From the NCBI RefSeq assembly GCF_964204645.1, contig NC_134035.1, positions 13,638,686 to 13,702,685 on the forward strand: a stretch of DNA of 64,000 nt. The letters run 5' to 3'. Below, piece by piece: positions 13,861 to 27,939 of the stretch (position 1 is the first letter of the stretch; each line of letters starts with the position of its first letter). Under the pieces are notes generated by a model. It searched no databases. It was given only the letters and a program-made list of their open reading frames with translations, and had not been told where the DNA came from. The translations under genes and the position numbers were made by a program. The stretch comes from Tubulanus polymorphus. Lineage: Eukaryota; Animalia; Nemertea.

Positions 13861-14789
13861 GTCAGATTTAATTCTATAACTCTATATCAATAGAAATACA
13901 TTGTAAAGTATACATTGTAAGTATGTATACATGATTGTTACATTGGCTGAATCATTATTGTAACAATACATATAGTTTACAACTTCGAGGAAACAAGTTT
14001 AAATGCGGTTCATGGTTTATGTTCCAGCCGCTAACAGTCGGGGGATGGTTGCAAACTTTACAAAAGAAAGATTGATAATTTTTCCCGGTAAGGCGGTCCA
14101 CACCACACGTGACCCGCTCGTAAACTCGTAAAAGTTCGGATCGAAATTCGCGGCCGAGAAATTGCAATAATAGCGAGATCGCGCGGTTTGAAAATGTGAC
14201 AACATAATTACGGGTTTCGTTGGATAATCGGGGACCGTACAGGAAATAACAGAATACTCAAATAGACACCAGGTGATTTAAACTATTACCAGAAAATGAG
14301 CCGTAAGTCCTAATTGTTCGTGTGATAATAGTTTAAAACCAGAATATTGAGATATATCGGCTGAATATCGAGGAACTATATCAGAATGAGATATACAGAG
14401 ACACCATCATGTGTCCATATTGTACGCAAGCGTCCTATGGCTTTATGACATTGTTATTCTCAATAAGGTTCCGTTTTGACATTTATTGAAATCGGTTTAA
14501 AACGAAAATTAACCCCAATCTGTCACTGACTTCCCGCCGGTTCAAACTGGTTGGAAAATTATTGTTTCTCACGAACCAGAATTGAAATTCCTAATTATGT
14601 ACTTTCAAACAAAATTTTACCATACAAATTCGACCGCTGATCGCACAACTACATACTGTTAATTCGATTTCCGATTTCCTCCTGTTTCGCTCCCGACAGG
14701 TGTGGTGGGTTTGTAAGAGAAATATATATACCCTCAAACCAAAAGAAGCAAAATAAGAATTTAGATAAAAATAAGAAAAGTTGTCTTAC

Positions 14790-15003
14790 CTTTTTTGACA
14801 TCTGCGTGTAAAGAGGTTGGTTGTTGTGTAGTGTATTGTGGATGAGGAGCCAGGCCTGGCATTCCGGTATTCGCGTACCACGGATTCGGACGAGGCCACG
14901 CCTGTCCGTTCAATAAACCCAGTTTATCGTACATCGAATTTTGTCCTAATACTTTTTGATTTTCTGTAGCTAAATTTCGTAAAACGCGATTTATCGACGA
15001 CAC
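14790..15003 (-). CDS. Pax6: Pax6 exon: end of paired domain plus linker ([11 protein letters not shown]...[11 protein letters not shown]...DVKK)
   Basis: Contains [10 protein letters not shown] and the conserved Pax6 linker motif [11 protein letters not shown]. Acceptor attttacag, donor AAG|GTAAGA. 214 nt, phase 0 to 1. Confidence 0.96.
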
Positions 15004-18000
15004 CTGTAAAATATTGAGAACATTGATAGTTAAATCTCAAGATAATATCGAAAATATCATTTAGAAATATCATATCTCAATCTCGTTCAGATGTAGAAAA
15101 CGTTGAGCGAATATTCCCGATATCCATTTAGAAGAACAAATCTCAAAATGAAATCTCAATTTCGATATTTTTCAACAAAATTCCGAATCTCTGCCTTGCC
15201 ATTACTGAAATATCCATGTGGAGCAAGACAAAATATCTGGCAGCTAACATTGCGGGTATTACTCTGTCCCAAAAATGATACCAATGAAAACTCTTTGAAT
15301 ACTCAAATTGATCTTTGTGAAAACAAAAACGCCGGACACAGGGGTTAACAGCAGTACACTAATAGCCGGACGCTGACCGGGGACTGTAATGGGTTTACGG
15401 CGACGGCAGGAATCACATGATATAACTGTATAAACAGGTCGCTCGCGCGCCCATCGAATTGGGCCCGCGGCTAGCGATTTATTGGCCCGTTGTTAGGCTA
15501 GAAAATAACCGAGTTGGGGGGTGTGAAACGATTAGTCCGTTTGCCCACTTATAACGAGCCTTAAAAGACTCTGCAGATGTCGTCTGCAGTTCGTAGAACG
15601 AGCCATGCCCGGTAGCAATATGGCCGCCTAATAGTCGCCTGTAGCAACTAACTCATGATATGAGTGATTGTTGTGCTTGCGGCACCGTCGAGCTGAAAGC
15701 CCCGGCACAAAACGCCAATAATGACAACTTTGTTATTTCAACAATGGACGCGAAATGAACAGTTTGACAGTAGCTGAAAAAAAACTAGCCCAAGGAGAGA
15801 GACAAATGGCCGCGCGTAGTTTTTCATAATGACTGACTGATATATCGTGCAACCGTTTGAGAGATGGTTACGACCAGAGAATCAGGGCCCAGTGGCACAG
15901 CCGAAACTTAATTCCAAAAGTTGTCCCGACTATAGTCTTAGATTGCAAGATTCACTATAAAACTTAGTTGGTCTTGAATCTAAGCCATAACACTGACTGC
16001 GCGCATCCGGGCCCATATCGAGTCAGGTGTCTGTAGCCGGAGAGCCAAGCCCGTGAAGCCCTGGGTGTCAGGAGAACCAGAAGAGGACAAACTTTTTTTT
16101 GAAATTCTAAGTGCACGTCTTAATATCATTATCAATTAAATCGATTAAAAAGTGGAATCTATTTTGACACGTTTGAAGCGCGATGAGATTGAGATTGAGA
16201 GATTGAGGGACGGAAAGGACATCTTTCCGGCAAAGTCAGAGATTTGTCTACAATTTATTATTTACTAATGTAATGATGTTATCCTCATCCTTTTGATCGT
16301 TTATCCGATTATCTCCGCGGAGAGATCATTAAAGATACTGCTGATGATGTTGTCGAGGCCCGCACGTTCCTCTCTCTCGCTCCAAGTTACTGGTATTAAG
16401 AAAACGGGACGAGCTGGTTATGATTTAGTACACGGCGACTGGCCACTGTGAATAGCGGATGATAATCCTATCAGCGCAACAGAACCGTTAACACTCACAC
16501 ACACAGGTAATACCACTTAGTCAAATGAATATTCCAGCGCGCGCGCGCTATCCTGTTTTTCACGCTACTCAAACTCGACAGACACAGAGACAGAGAATCG
16601 AGCGCATCAGATCCGTTGCCGCTGAAATGATTTACTTAACTTTCATTACCAGTAATTGTTCGGTTTATGAAAACAACTTAATGAAGGCAGAAACACGGTC
16701 GCTCACTCGCTCGCAAACCTGTGCAGACGAGTTCTAACAGGCCAAACAAATCGCATTCATTTTCGATAATACACCAGGTGTAAATTCAGGAAATCGGCCA
16801 TTTTGATTTTTTCATTCCTCTGCCCGCTGAGCGCTACTCGGGGTGTAGACCTACTATCGTCAGGTTCGAGGCTGCTTTTGGCCCAGAGAAAAAAGCTTTC
16901 GATCAGGAAACTCGAAAACAACTCGAACCACCTACGCCACCACCATTGACAAATAGCCGCCATTTTGATTACAGCGCGGTAACTAAGCAAATGACCGAAG
17001 ACATGTATTTCGCTAAGGGCGCCATTGTTGTGCGCCAATGGCGTATCCTGCAGGTGGAGATGATTTCGTCGAAACGTTGTGGTTTCATTTTGGATAAATT
17101 TTCTCATATAAAATTCGAATATTGTGGACTTCATCATTTATGTACAGTTTATACACAGAGTGTGTTTCCATTGGACAACTATCGTGTTTTTAGTGCCTTC
17201 GTCTTAAATCTATCTTTTCTCTAAACAATATTCCTTCGCAATCCAACAGAACTGAAGTTTTGTTGAGAAACGAATAGATCCCGATGGCGAGCCTAATACT
17301 CCGGTAATGAATGAAGGGGAAACGCGTTTATTGAAAGCCTATATTATTGCGTGTCACGTCTGCTAACGGAGGCGACAGTAGAAATACGATAGCGGATAAT
17401 CCGCGGATAATCCTATACTTAATTAAATATCACTTCGTTATAATCTTAATCTAATTATCTACTAGTCACGCGCGCACTCATCCCGCTCGCTGATTGGTCA
17501 TTTAGATCGCTACCTCTATAACGGTTGTGTTATGATATTATTTGCCCGCACTTCAGTTTTTACGGTAGCCCATTTTGGGCGCTGAATGTTTGTAAGAACA
17601 ATTTAACCGGTGATTGTCACGTGTGCGCGTTAAACTCGAGACTAATTCACGTTGAGTGCGAAGTAAACAAATCGAACACAGGAAGTAAACTGCGTTAACA
17701 ATGGCGGCCGTTGAGTTTCGAGTTTATAACAATGTCGGCGGTTTGATAATGACTTGTAGTGTACGTGACTAGGAATAGATTTGAAGACTTAACGATTTCG
17801 ACTCCCTCTCTCAGTCAGTCTCTCCTGGCGAACACACACACACGCTAAACTGTGAAGAGCTTGAGCAAATAGACTCTCAATCATTTAACAACTCCTTCGT
17901 TTACTTAATCAAACAGATTAACAGGCAATCATAAACGTTGACACTTTCACACTTAACGGTTTATTTAAAAGTGAGATATCGTTATATTGGCTCGTTGCCC

Positions 18001-18572
18001 GTCTGTCTGTGTCGTCGTGTCTGTCGATTTAACACCGGTTTTAAGCACGACTCGGAGGATGATATTTCATTTTGACTGATATGAATCCATCGCGTACGGC
18101 GCACGCGCGTTAGAGAGAGTGTGTAAATATGAACACTCTATGTTTTATCGGCTTCGTTACATCAGCGTAACAATAGCGGTAATAGTATCAAATGCTTTTT
18201 TGCGGTCAGTCAATATTAGCGTTTTTTATTGAGTCGAAAGTCCTTAAAAATATTCAATATTTTGAGCGATATTTAAGCCAACTACAGCTACACATATTAT
18301 TAACAGTTTTATACTAGGGCATTTACAGCAAAATGGGATCATTGGAGATTTCGTAACTTTGCAAAATATGTCGTTTTGTTTTTTTGCTCGAAAAAAATAT
18401 TTTTCGACTTCAAATTGTCTTTTTCATTTCTCAAAACTCAACCAAGTTGCGCGGGTTTTTTAAATTTTGAAATATCATCGAAAAATCATTTCTTGAACCG
18501 GTAAATGAAACTCACAATTTGAAAATATTGAGGTAGGGGGACATGTGAATTAAGGTAGTCTGTGTAACTTAC

Positions 18573-18919
18573 GCTAGGTATATTATCCTGATTACAAACT
18601 CCATCTGACAACAGCCGATCTCTGATTTCCCAGGCGAATATAGACGGACATTCTCTCTTATAAACGGCGATTTTACCGACCACTTCGCTGGTGGCCACTC
18701 GAGGTTTACTGCCCCCTATCGCCCGGGGCCGGATCGAACCGGTCTCGTAGTACCGGCCGAGTATTTTACTGACGCAACCGTTCGACACTTGTAGAATCCG
18801 GCTGATATCGCAGGGTCGGGCCCCGCTGTGCGCTAGTTCCACTATCCGTTGTCGCGTACTATCCGGTAGGGGGCGCCCGTTCACGAATACGCCTCCTAAT
18901 TGGTTAACGCCACTATGCC
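18573..18919 (-). CDS. Pax6: Pax6 paired-domain exon ([10 protein letters not shown]...NQDNIPS)
   Basis: The translation is a canonical Pax6 paired domain with the diagnostic ILQVSNG (I42, Q44, N47). Acceptor ctcgtttcag, donor AGC|GTAAGT. 347 nt, phase 1 to 0. Confidence 0.98.
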
Positions 18920-20488
18920 CTGAAACGAGAGTAAATATGGATATATTGAGAATTGTGAGGCAAAAACAGAATCGATATCTCGCCATCATCTGATCATACT
19001 GTATTGCATCCTAATGATTACGGGCCCAGTACTTCAAAGTTCAAAACGTAAATTAGGTCTTAAGTTGTTTATTTATGACTGGTCTAAATGTAAGCATTGA
19101 CCGCTATGGCCCAAACAGGACTCAGTTCTACTAGTAGAATGTATATAATTGGGTCCTAAATTTCTAGATCCAATATTCTAACACGTCTACGCAGAGATAT
19201 CCATTCACGACATCTTGTTGTAGCCTCAATTTGTTTTGTATTCATGTTCGGAGTTAACGTTTTCTGTTAAGTAACGATATGTCTGGGCTAGTGACTGGTA
19301 CTGCCCGAGGGGCTCGTGTGACTGGTACACAGCCGCCAACAGTGAGGGGCTAGTGTGACAGAGAGCCCACAGGGCACACGCCGCCACTACACTGTTACTG
19401 CATGTTATTACATTTTTCGTTAACTATCCCGATCGCTGTATCAGACAGGATATCACACAACATCGTTAGGTTTTATAACGGACACGTTCGGTGCAATGAC
19501 AATATTGACTTAAGTTGGTCACTGGTAGTTCACACACACGCTGTCGTCTGTAGGCCTCAGTTATCTCTATCAGGTATCTGCCGTTCTACAGTAAAACGTT
19601 TAGCACTTACACAAAACTTGCTTTTGAAATACACGTGAATCAAGTGAATAACGCAATGTAGATTTACGGTCAAAATCCAGTAAAATGGTTAATAGATAAC
19701 CACTGCTAAATTCAAGCTAGAAAATCTAGAAAAAGACATAGGAATTTAGATTTTTAAGAATTTAAACTGAAGAAAATGAAATTCATTTTGTCATCGCATT
19801 TTCATGGATTTATTTTGACTAGATCTCTACGCGTCATTCTGAATATCAGTCAAAACATTATTGATCGTCTTTTTTAAATGATTGTATCTTCAACAATCTC
19901 CGCCGTTTTAATACGATTATTCGATATTTCATTATTCAAATATCAAACATTTATATAATTCCATTAAAACAAAATGTTGTCACACGGCTATTGTTTCCCG
20001 CAGAACCGCAGAATATCGCAGCAAACTTTCAGAAAAAGAAGACAGAATCTTTTGTTCGCTGTGATAGCTCGGGTTTGAATTTAAAATGAAAATATCTCGG
20101 CGTGGCGTAATACGAATCCAGTCTATGAAATCTAAACTGACAAGATCTGTCAACTCGAGCTTGTCAACTTGTCGACAAACAAAACCTGTCAATCTAAAAC
20201 GTCTTCGAATTATCGCGTAAGACTTCCTGCGCCGGTTTTATATTTATCAGATTTTAATTCGATTTATCAAAACTCTCACTTCGAAATCACGATTTCTATC
20301 GAAATGATCGAATTGTTATGAAATCTTAATCAGGTTTTGCTCGATGTAATTTCGTTAAAGAAATTCATGAAATATGAAAAAAACTGAAATGAAATCTTAA
20401 TCAAAATGCAATAAATTCGCAGTTTAATTTGTTACTGTTGTTATTAATCTCATTGTTCTTATAATATCTCATAATTTCGTTATAACTT

Positions 20489-20777
20489 TTATTCTTGAAG
20501 ATGACTATAAGAATAAAGTCGAAACGTTGAATAAACTGCACTAGCTCAAGGAATACAGTATTCCTGAAGACGATTATTAGGATATAGTGGAAACGTTGAA
20601 TAAACTACACTAGCTCAAGGAATACAGTATTCCTGAAGACGATTATTAGGATATAGTGGAAACGTTGAATAAACTACACTAGCTCAAGGAAACATTTCAG
20701 ACACTTTTTAATCTTAGTTTGCAGGGATTTTATATTATCTTTACAACACGCACTCAGAGTGTTTCATCAATGGTTAT
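20489..20777 (+). mobile_element. Degenerate copies of the hammerhead/retrozyme-like repeat (3 units plus long-monomer tail)
   Basis: (c/t)tgaaga...gaaacgttgaataaact...ctagctcaaggaa repeated three times, then gcagggattttatattatctttacaac. The core or stem II is mutated in each copy. Confidence 0.7.
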
Positions 20778-21236
20778 TTTAATCACATTTTCCTCGCTGT
20801 AGTAATTGGTTTAAGAAATTTATTTAATAGGAAAAAGATGTTGAAATTTAACCCGTGATCGATGATGAGACAGATTCCTACCTTGGAAGGAGTTCTTTGT
20901 TTAGGGGGAAGAGAGAGAGAGACCTCAGCGAGCAGAATGCGAGTACGCGTTCGAGTGGACCCACGAGTACGCTACGCCCCCAGGCGGATGACATAAGCAC
21001 AATAGACCCCTGAAGTTACTGTAGGTTTTAAGAGATCTGTTAAATTAATTGAAATGTTAGAGTAACGAGTTGGTGAACTAGGAATACTGGTACAATCGCT
21101 CCAGGCGCTGAACAGACGAGAGAGGGGTTACTCTGTCACTCCGTGGTCTCAAAGTTATTTTAAATCCTGTAGTTTTTTTTAGAAGCACTTCTTAATCAAT
21201 GGGTTTCATTTGCTAAACTTTAATTGGATTCGGAAT

Positions 21237-21550
21237 GGGATTTTATATTATCTTTACAACACAGACTAAGAGTATTTCGTCAATGGTTATAATGAGGACA
21301 ACATCAGTATTTCTGAAGATGACTATTAGGATATAGTGGAAACGTTGAATAAACTACACTAGCTCAAGGAATACAGTTTTTCTGAAGATGACTATTAGGA
21401 TAAAGTCGAAACGTTGAATAAACTACACTAGCTGAAGGAATACAGTATTCCTGAAGATGACAATTAGGATATAGTCCAAATGTTGACTAAACTACCCTAG
21501 CTCAAGAAAACATTTCAGACTTATTTTTCTCACTCAGTTTCCAGGGATGT
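21237..21550 (+). mobile_element. Hammerhead/retrozyme-like repeat cluster (long-monomer segment plus 3 short units)
   Basis: gggattttatattatctttacaac...aatgaggacaacatcagtatt followed by ctgaagatgactattaggat(a/aa)agtcgaaacgttgaata-type units. Confidence 0.7.
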
Positions 21551-22225
21551 TAAGACATATCGCACTAATTCATTGTTGGCTGCAGCAGACTGGTCGGAAA
21601 CTGTAACAATGGTCTGTCTCATCCCACATACAGGTCGAGCGATGAAATCACCGCCGTTCATGAAACGAGCCGCGGTAAGTGAGCGTTGTAGGGAATGAAT
21701 GAGTTTTCATAGATCTGAAACACTCGTCGATTGCCCGCTTGTAAAAGATCAAATCGACTTGGTTAATGATCCAATTTGTTCCCTGCGCTATTCTTTCAAG
21801 TCTGGATGAAATAAGACGTTACGCGTCCCGTGTGTTATAGGATTGAGAGTCTTATATCGTCGACGGCACATCTGTGCTGTTATTTAATACTAGTCAGCAG
21901 ACGACTGACTGTATGAGGGGGATGTCCCCTCCGGGTCATAGGTCTATACCCCGCGCCTTCGCCGTCCTGGACATTTTCATCGTAATCAGCTTATACGATA
22001 ACCAATTCTCAAGTCATCATTTGGAGGAGTCGTCACATTAATGAAGTCATCTCTATTTTTGAGTCTCAATTTGTATTTCTAATTCAATTTACCAAAGTGT
22101 AAGTCGTCATTTTGGATAGGTCGTCAGTCCCAGTAGTTTGCACGACCTTAAGAGTCAAATATTAGCAATATGAGAATATAGCTTTAATAGTCAGCTAATT
22201 GAAATGACTCTCAAGTCTCAACGGA

Positions 22226-22365
22226 CTGTGGAACTGACTCTAGACAGTGGAACTGTGTAACTGACTTCAGACACTGTGGAACTGACTTAAGACACTGTGG
22301 AACTGACTTCATGACAGTGGAAAAGTGGAACTGACTTCGCACACTGTGGAACTGACTTCAGATAC
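22226..22365. repeat. ~20-bp minisatellite gacactgtggaactgacttc
   Basis: About 6 imperfect copies containing ctgtggaact. Confidence 0.85.
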
Positions 22366-25300
22366 TCAACAGCGGGTCCCGACTGTCATTATCCTCTAAT
22401 GATAATCAGCTCCCATGTCGTTATGGTGATATAAACAATATAAATTAATGATTTTGTCGTTTGGTTCAAAAGCGACAGTTTATCAATAACATTGAGTCTT
22501 GTATTGATATAATATATCATATACTCCTCCTTACTGGCGGGTGCAGTATAGTGTCCTTGCCGTTACTATTTGTCGGCTCTACTGTTGTTATACAGACTCA
22601 TCATCTAAACTCTTAATTAGTCTGAATGACCAGAAATTAGATTGTCACAATCTTAACTACACCCACTTTATATATCTTTACTTCCAAACTTCATCCTCTA
22701 TCTCCACCTGCCCATTTTAACTCTTCTCAAATTTTTTCTTGATCACTCTTTTCCCCCTCTGCCCTCTCCCTCTTCTCTCTTTCGCTCCTTGTCTTTTCCG
22801 CACACTCCCATATTTTATAACAATATTCCCACGGAACGCCCGCATGCGCAGTATTGTATACCGTGACGTCACGGAAACCACTTCCATACGGCGCGTTCAC
22901 GGCCCTAATTTCAATAAAATTCAAATTATCCGTTTCACGCGATAATTCTATAGCGTCTGTCATTTAGTGCCAACCCGGAAACACGTAAATTGCTAACCGG
23001 TCGACGGAACAATGCCAAACCCTGAGTGAAATATCAAAACGTCTTTAATACGACTCAAATTAGCCGTTATACCGATCATACGGGCAGGTAGGAAAAAAGG
23101 TCGCTTTGCATTTTTGCGAGAGTATAAATTTCTGAATTACGTTTGGCCGAAAGCGTGCGAACAATAAACTATAGCAGATGACATAGACCGGTTACCGGTC
23201 ACCATTGTTAGAATTCAAATTGTAACCATTGCGACCATTACCCGGAGCAGCGGATCATTTCAATTGTTTATATCCGTCGCAATAGAGAAAGACGTTGAGA
23301 AGACCAACACGTCACCCGATAAATAAATTCGGCTTCTAAATTCACAAACCGGCTTCAGAGATCCCCCGAGGCGGGTCATAACCAACCAGGCAATTGAAAC
23401 CACCTTAGCCTGTAATTATAGTTCATACCGCTACGAATTGCGAACCGTTTGACGGAGTTCCGACCTCAAACTGTGTCGGTCCGTTTGACGGGTTCCGGGC
23501 ACTACTGTGCATAGCCATTTTACTGGTTTCGGGCACTGTCGGGCCGTTTGACTGGTTACGGGTACTACTGTGTCCGAGCATTTATTGTACGCTCACAAAT
23601 TAAATTTCAAACAATTATAGTCGAACATGATGTTTTACCAACAAAATGTTGAATTATCATTATCATCCTTTAAGCTGCCCCGAAAATCGAATGGACTGCG
23701 AGCAAACTTTGAAGGTTTCTAAGAAATTTGGGGATGTGCTGCGGGTAATGTCGATTCATAATCAAACAGTATTTATCCATTCACAACTAAATCGATTTCT
23801 CAAGAGGCACTAGAACATGTTTCAGGGGCAATATCAATAGGATCTGTTAACACCTTGTTTTCCTATGTTTACATGTGGATATCAATTCATAAAAACATTT
23901 GTTTATTATGGTTATTTTTCAAACGAATTAATTCTTGATTTAGAGATAGTATTATATATTTTTTTCGATATTGAATCCTACCTTCCTCGTTGTGACAGGA
24001 CAATCGATTTGGGAGACCTGAATCGAGATATAAAACGAACCAAATATCAGTTTTAAATATAACCGCAAAGCAGTCAGTTAGACCCAAAATGGCGGATCCT
24101 GAGTATACCGCTAGTAACGTCGTTCGGGTGGTACTCAGAAACAGATTTCCTAAATATAATTTCTAGTATTTCTCCTTTTACGCGACTCCGCAATTTTATG
24201 GTCTTCAGATATATTTTGGTTTGACTTCAATCACAAAACTAGCAGCAAGTTAGAGAGCTTGCTTCGACAGGTTTTCTGGGACGCCCTTGACAGCCCTCAT
24301 TATTGATGGCCCTCAGTAAATTTCGAGGATCACTTATTGGCTTAACAAATATATCCTTTATGCTTCAATTATCGGTTAACCTTAAAAATACTATTTGTCT
24401 TTTTCACCGGGGAAATATGATGAACAAATCTAAACTTAAGCAGTCCTATATTCAGCAGTACAGACTCATACCACCCCTAACCCTTATAACACATTCATCT
24501 CGCGTAGTTCAATAATAACTAGTAGGTCTAACCTATCTCTGGGGTATTAGACATTCAGACGAATTCTGACATTTTTTTGACAAACGAGATCCGATATATG
24601 ATCTCCTTGTATTAACTACTGCGATTCGACCTAATCTCTATTGAATATTAAATCGTTCTCGATCTGGATCGGGATGTCCGGTTTGACCAGTAGATGACCA
24701 CCACGGTGTAAAACACTATCGGGGTTTTATACTGATTGACCACTGTCCGTGCTCTGTACGATCGTCTTGGTCAGTTTCTAATCGTTTTAACCTTGAAATA
24801 GGAAATTGTGTCTCTTTTCAATTTCATCGACTGATTGTTTTTGATTTGATTTAAATTTGAAATCGAAATCTTGGTCAGTTTTTCAGCATTTCTTCATAGT
24901 CCAGAAACCTGCGCAAAGTTAGGAGGACACTTTGATGATATGGTCTCAGATTTTAGATTGTCACCTCGCACCTGCGATGGTATGTTAAACGAGTACTAAT
25001 TTGAGCCGAATTTTGTAAAATGGCTCATCTAAACTTGATATTAATTTGTGTATGAAAATGCGTGGATTGCACATATTTAAATAAAAACAGCGGTTAGTGG
25101 TAAATATTCTCGATTTTCTGCAAGGTTAGCCTGTGGACGCAAGAACGAATTTTCAATTTTTTGAGTCCATGGTTGTTTTAGACCAAACAGTACAGTGTAA
25201 TGATTTGCATAGCTGTACATAAGCAGCCGTAGCCAGCCCTCTATACCCAACACCAGCACCAACAGCTACATATATCTCTCTCTTTCTCTGTACCTCGCAG

Positions 25301-27939
25301 TTTGCAATGATACGATTAATGAAAATCAATGCTACGGTCACTCATGCGTTAACCGTCAAACACTGCGCAGCTCTACACGCCTGCCATCACCACCACCACC
25401 AATGTCAAGGTCGGTTAAACTTCGCGTTTCTCTTGACAACACGTTTGCGTTGATCGAATTCACTTTTGATCTTATTGAGGAAAAAGTTGCCGCGGCGCAG
25501 TCATAGGTTAGGTTGTATAAGACCGGTTTGAGCTTATTTTGGGTCTTAGACAATCTATTAGACTAAGACTAGACTAAGGACCCGTCCCAGAGACTATGTT
25601 AGACGACTTTTCATCCTATGGATAAAATCACGGTCCAGTTCAACAGTCATGGCTTTCATCTAAGACCAGTCTAAGACCATCTTATTTCTATAGTCATTCT
25701 AACAATCTGGACCAATCTTAAGATAAAAACCTCTTATGGACGACTGTACAACAATGGACCCTGAATTTACCTTCGTGTCTGGAAAACTTCCATATACAAT
25801 TTTACATCTTTAAGACTTGTATATGATTATGTATTCGACGCTTGGTGGCGTCGCTGTCGCCGACCTGTTTAGAATATGCTAAATATGCAAATGAGGCGAC
25901 GGCGAAGTGCGCGATCACGTGAAAAGGTGTAAGAACAAGTTTTTAATTGTCGCACGGTAAAATGACTCGACTCGTCTCAGCGATCCTCGGGTTGGCGCCG
26001 ATCTCAAGTGTTTTCTTTTTAGCCTTTTGGAAGCCGGTGAATTGCCGACATTTTTAGGACTCACGCGTTGGGCATTCAAACGGACAATACGAATACGCGT
26101 TATATATGTGACGAATTGAATAAAACCACTTGAGATATAGACCCACAGTCGCCAGACGATTATAAAAGCACATAGTATCAAACATCGGTCGTAAACAAAA
26201 CCCGTTTTAGCGAACACAATACCGAGGTATTAGACTCATTTAACGTCGCGTTTGTAAAACGATTATTGAAACTGTTGAAATAGATTTAAATGAATTGAGA
26301 GTAGGAGTTGTTATCTATGAGACCGGTTATCATAACGTTACCATGTATAGTACAGGTATATAGGACCGCGACGACGGTGACAACATTCCAGACAATTTGT
26401 CCACGAGGAGAGAACAAATTTACCTCGCTCACTATAAACCCGTCGTTAACGCATTGTGTTTGTGCGTGTTTGAATTATTATTATTTTGATAAAAGAGCAA
26501 TTCGTCCGTTCTCGCGTTAAACCCTGTATATCACTGTTATTATCTATCGCCGATAAATCATAATTAGTCGCCTAATTAAACTATATCGATTGTGTTTGAT
26601 ATATCGCGTTGAATATATCATTTTAAAGTGCTCGCTTTACCTTGAATCGGCGGCGTGAATTATTTATAAGAGTTCTCTTTAGGAATAACCCATATTTATG
26701 TTTTTATTAGGTGACAATATTTCACTATATTCGCGACCTCGATACTTTCGCATCAACTTCTACGGATTGAAAATCCGAACTCTGAAACCTGGGTAGAACT
26801 GGAACCATGTGATTTTTCTACACGTTGAGATTTTATTGAGATTTTACTATTGACGGAGAATTGCTGTTCCTTTGATTGTGGAAGCAATAATTATTCTTTT
26901 GTTTGTTCAGAAATTCTCTAAAACGCCCTCTAAACCTTATAGCAAAATTCAACGAGAAAGATGAAGTCCGAAAAGTTTCCGTTAATCCAATCATTCATTT
27001 ATTTTGATGCCTAACTAATAAACTGCATTAGCTCGAGTTAAAATTTTGGAACCTTTTATTCTTATACGGACTCACAAAAAAAGATTCACAAAGATTTCGA
27101 CTTCATTGTTTTTTTTTTGTTGATATCAAATTTAGAAATTCAATATTGAGAAATCGTAGCATTTCCTACAAAAAGATGGATGACTATTTTCTGACGGGTT
27201 ACAAGGTGATTTCAGAGGCCAACAGCTAATAATTACTGGCAGACGACACAATACGATCAGAATAAGACCTGTGTTTTTATCAGTATCGGCGGCAGCGGCG
27301 GCGGCGGGAGTCAAACACGGAGAAGATCCAATAAAACAGGACAGCTCTATGAGACCTGTGTCTACAAACGAATTAAAACCTATTTGTCACCGGCCGCGCC
27401 GTTTGACAGGTATAAGGCCTATTATTATATTATCAATTTGAATGTTATGACATTCGTGGAGAAAATTGTTTTTCACACGAAACTCGTGTGTTCCAGGGGA
27501 TGGATATCTACCAGTTGTCTGTCGGTGTTTAATCGTCTTGTCGTCGGTTTCAGCTTGGTTAGAAATCACGGAAATAGCGTTCGCGAAATACAAGAGCGAT
27601 TTGTGTCCATAATTAGATTACATAAAGCCACAATTTCATGAAGAAAAAAATAAGAGAGCTTTTACCCGATTCTACGAGACATTTCCGAGCCTAAGTTGAA
27701 AATTGCTCAACTGACTTTACTGCGGATCTGTGTCCAGGTAATCGGTCCGTTTAGCCGAGAAATCACAAAATGGTCATCGATATATCTTAAAATTATGTTA
27801 CTTCTGGTTTTCTGGTCATTCCACCTGATGATGGCTGTTAGTCAACAGCCGAAATGTTGTGGTTTCGTTCTAATAAATTATCTCATATAAAATTTGAATT
27901 GTGGGATTTCTTCATTAAACTTAAAATTATGGTATTAAG

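Noticed and set aside
18920-18989. Hydrophobic N-terminus [23 protein letters not shown] of the paired-domain ORF
   Set aside because: It is the intron end and acceptor region; the conserved phase-1 splice site is at 18920/18919.
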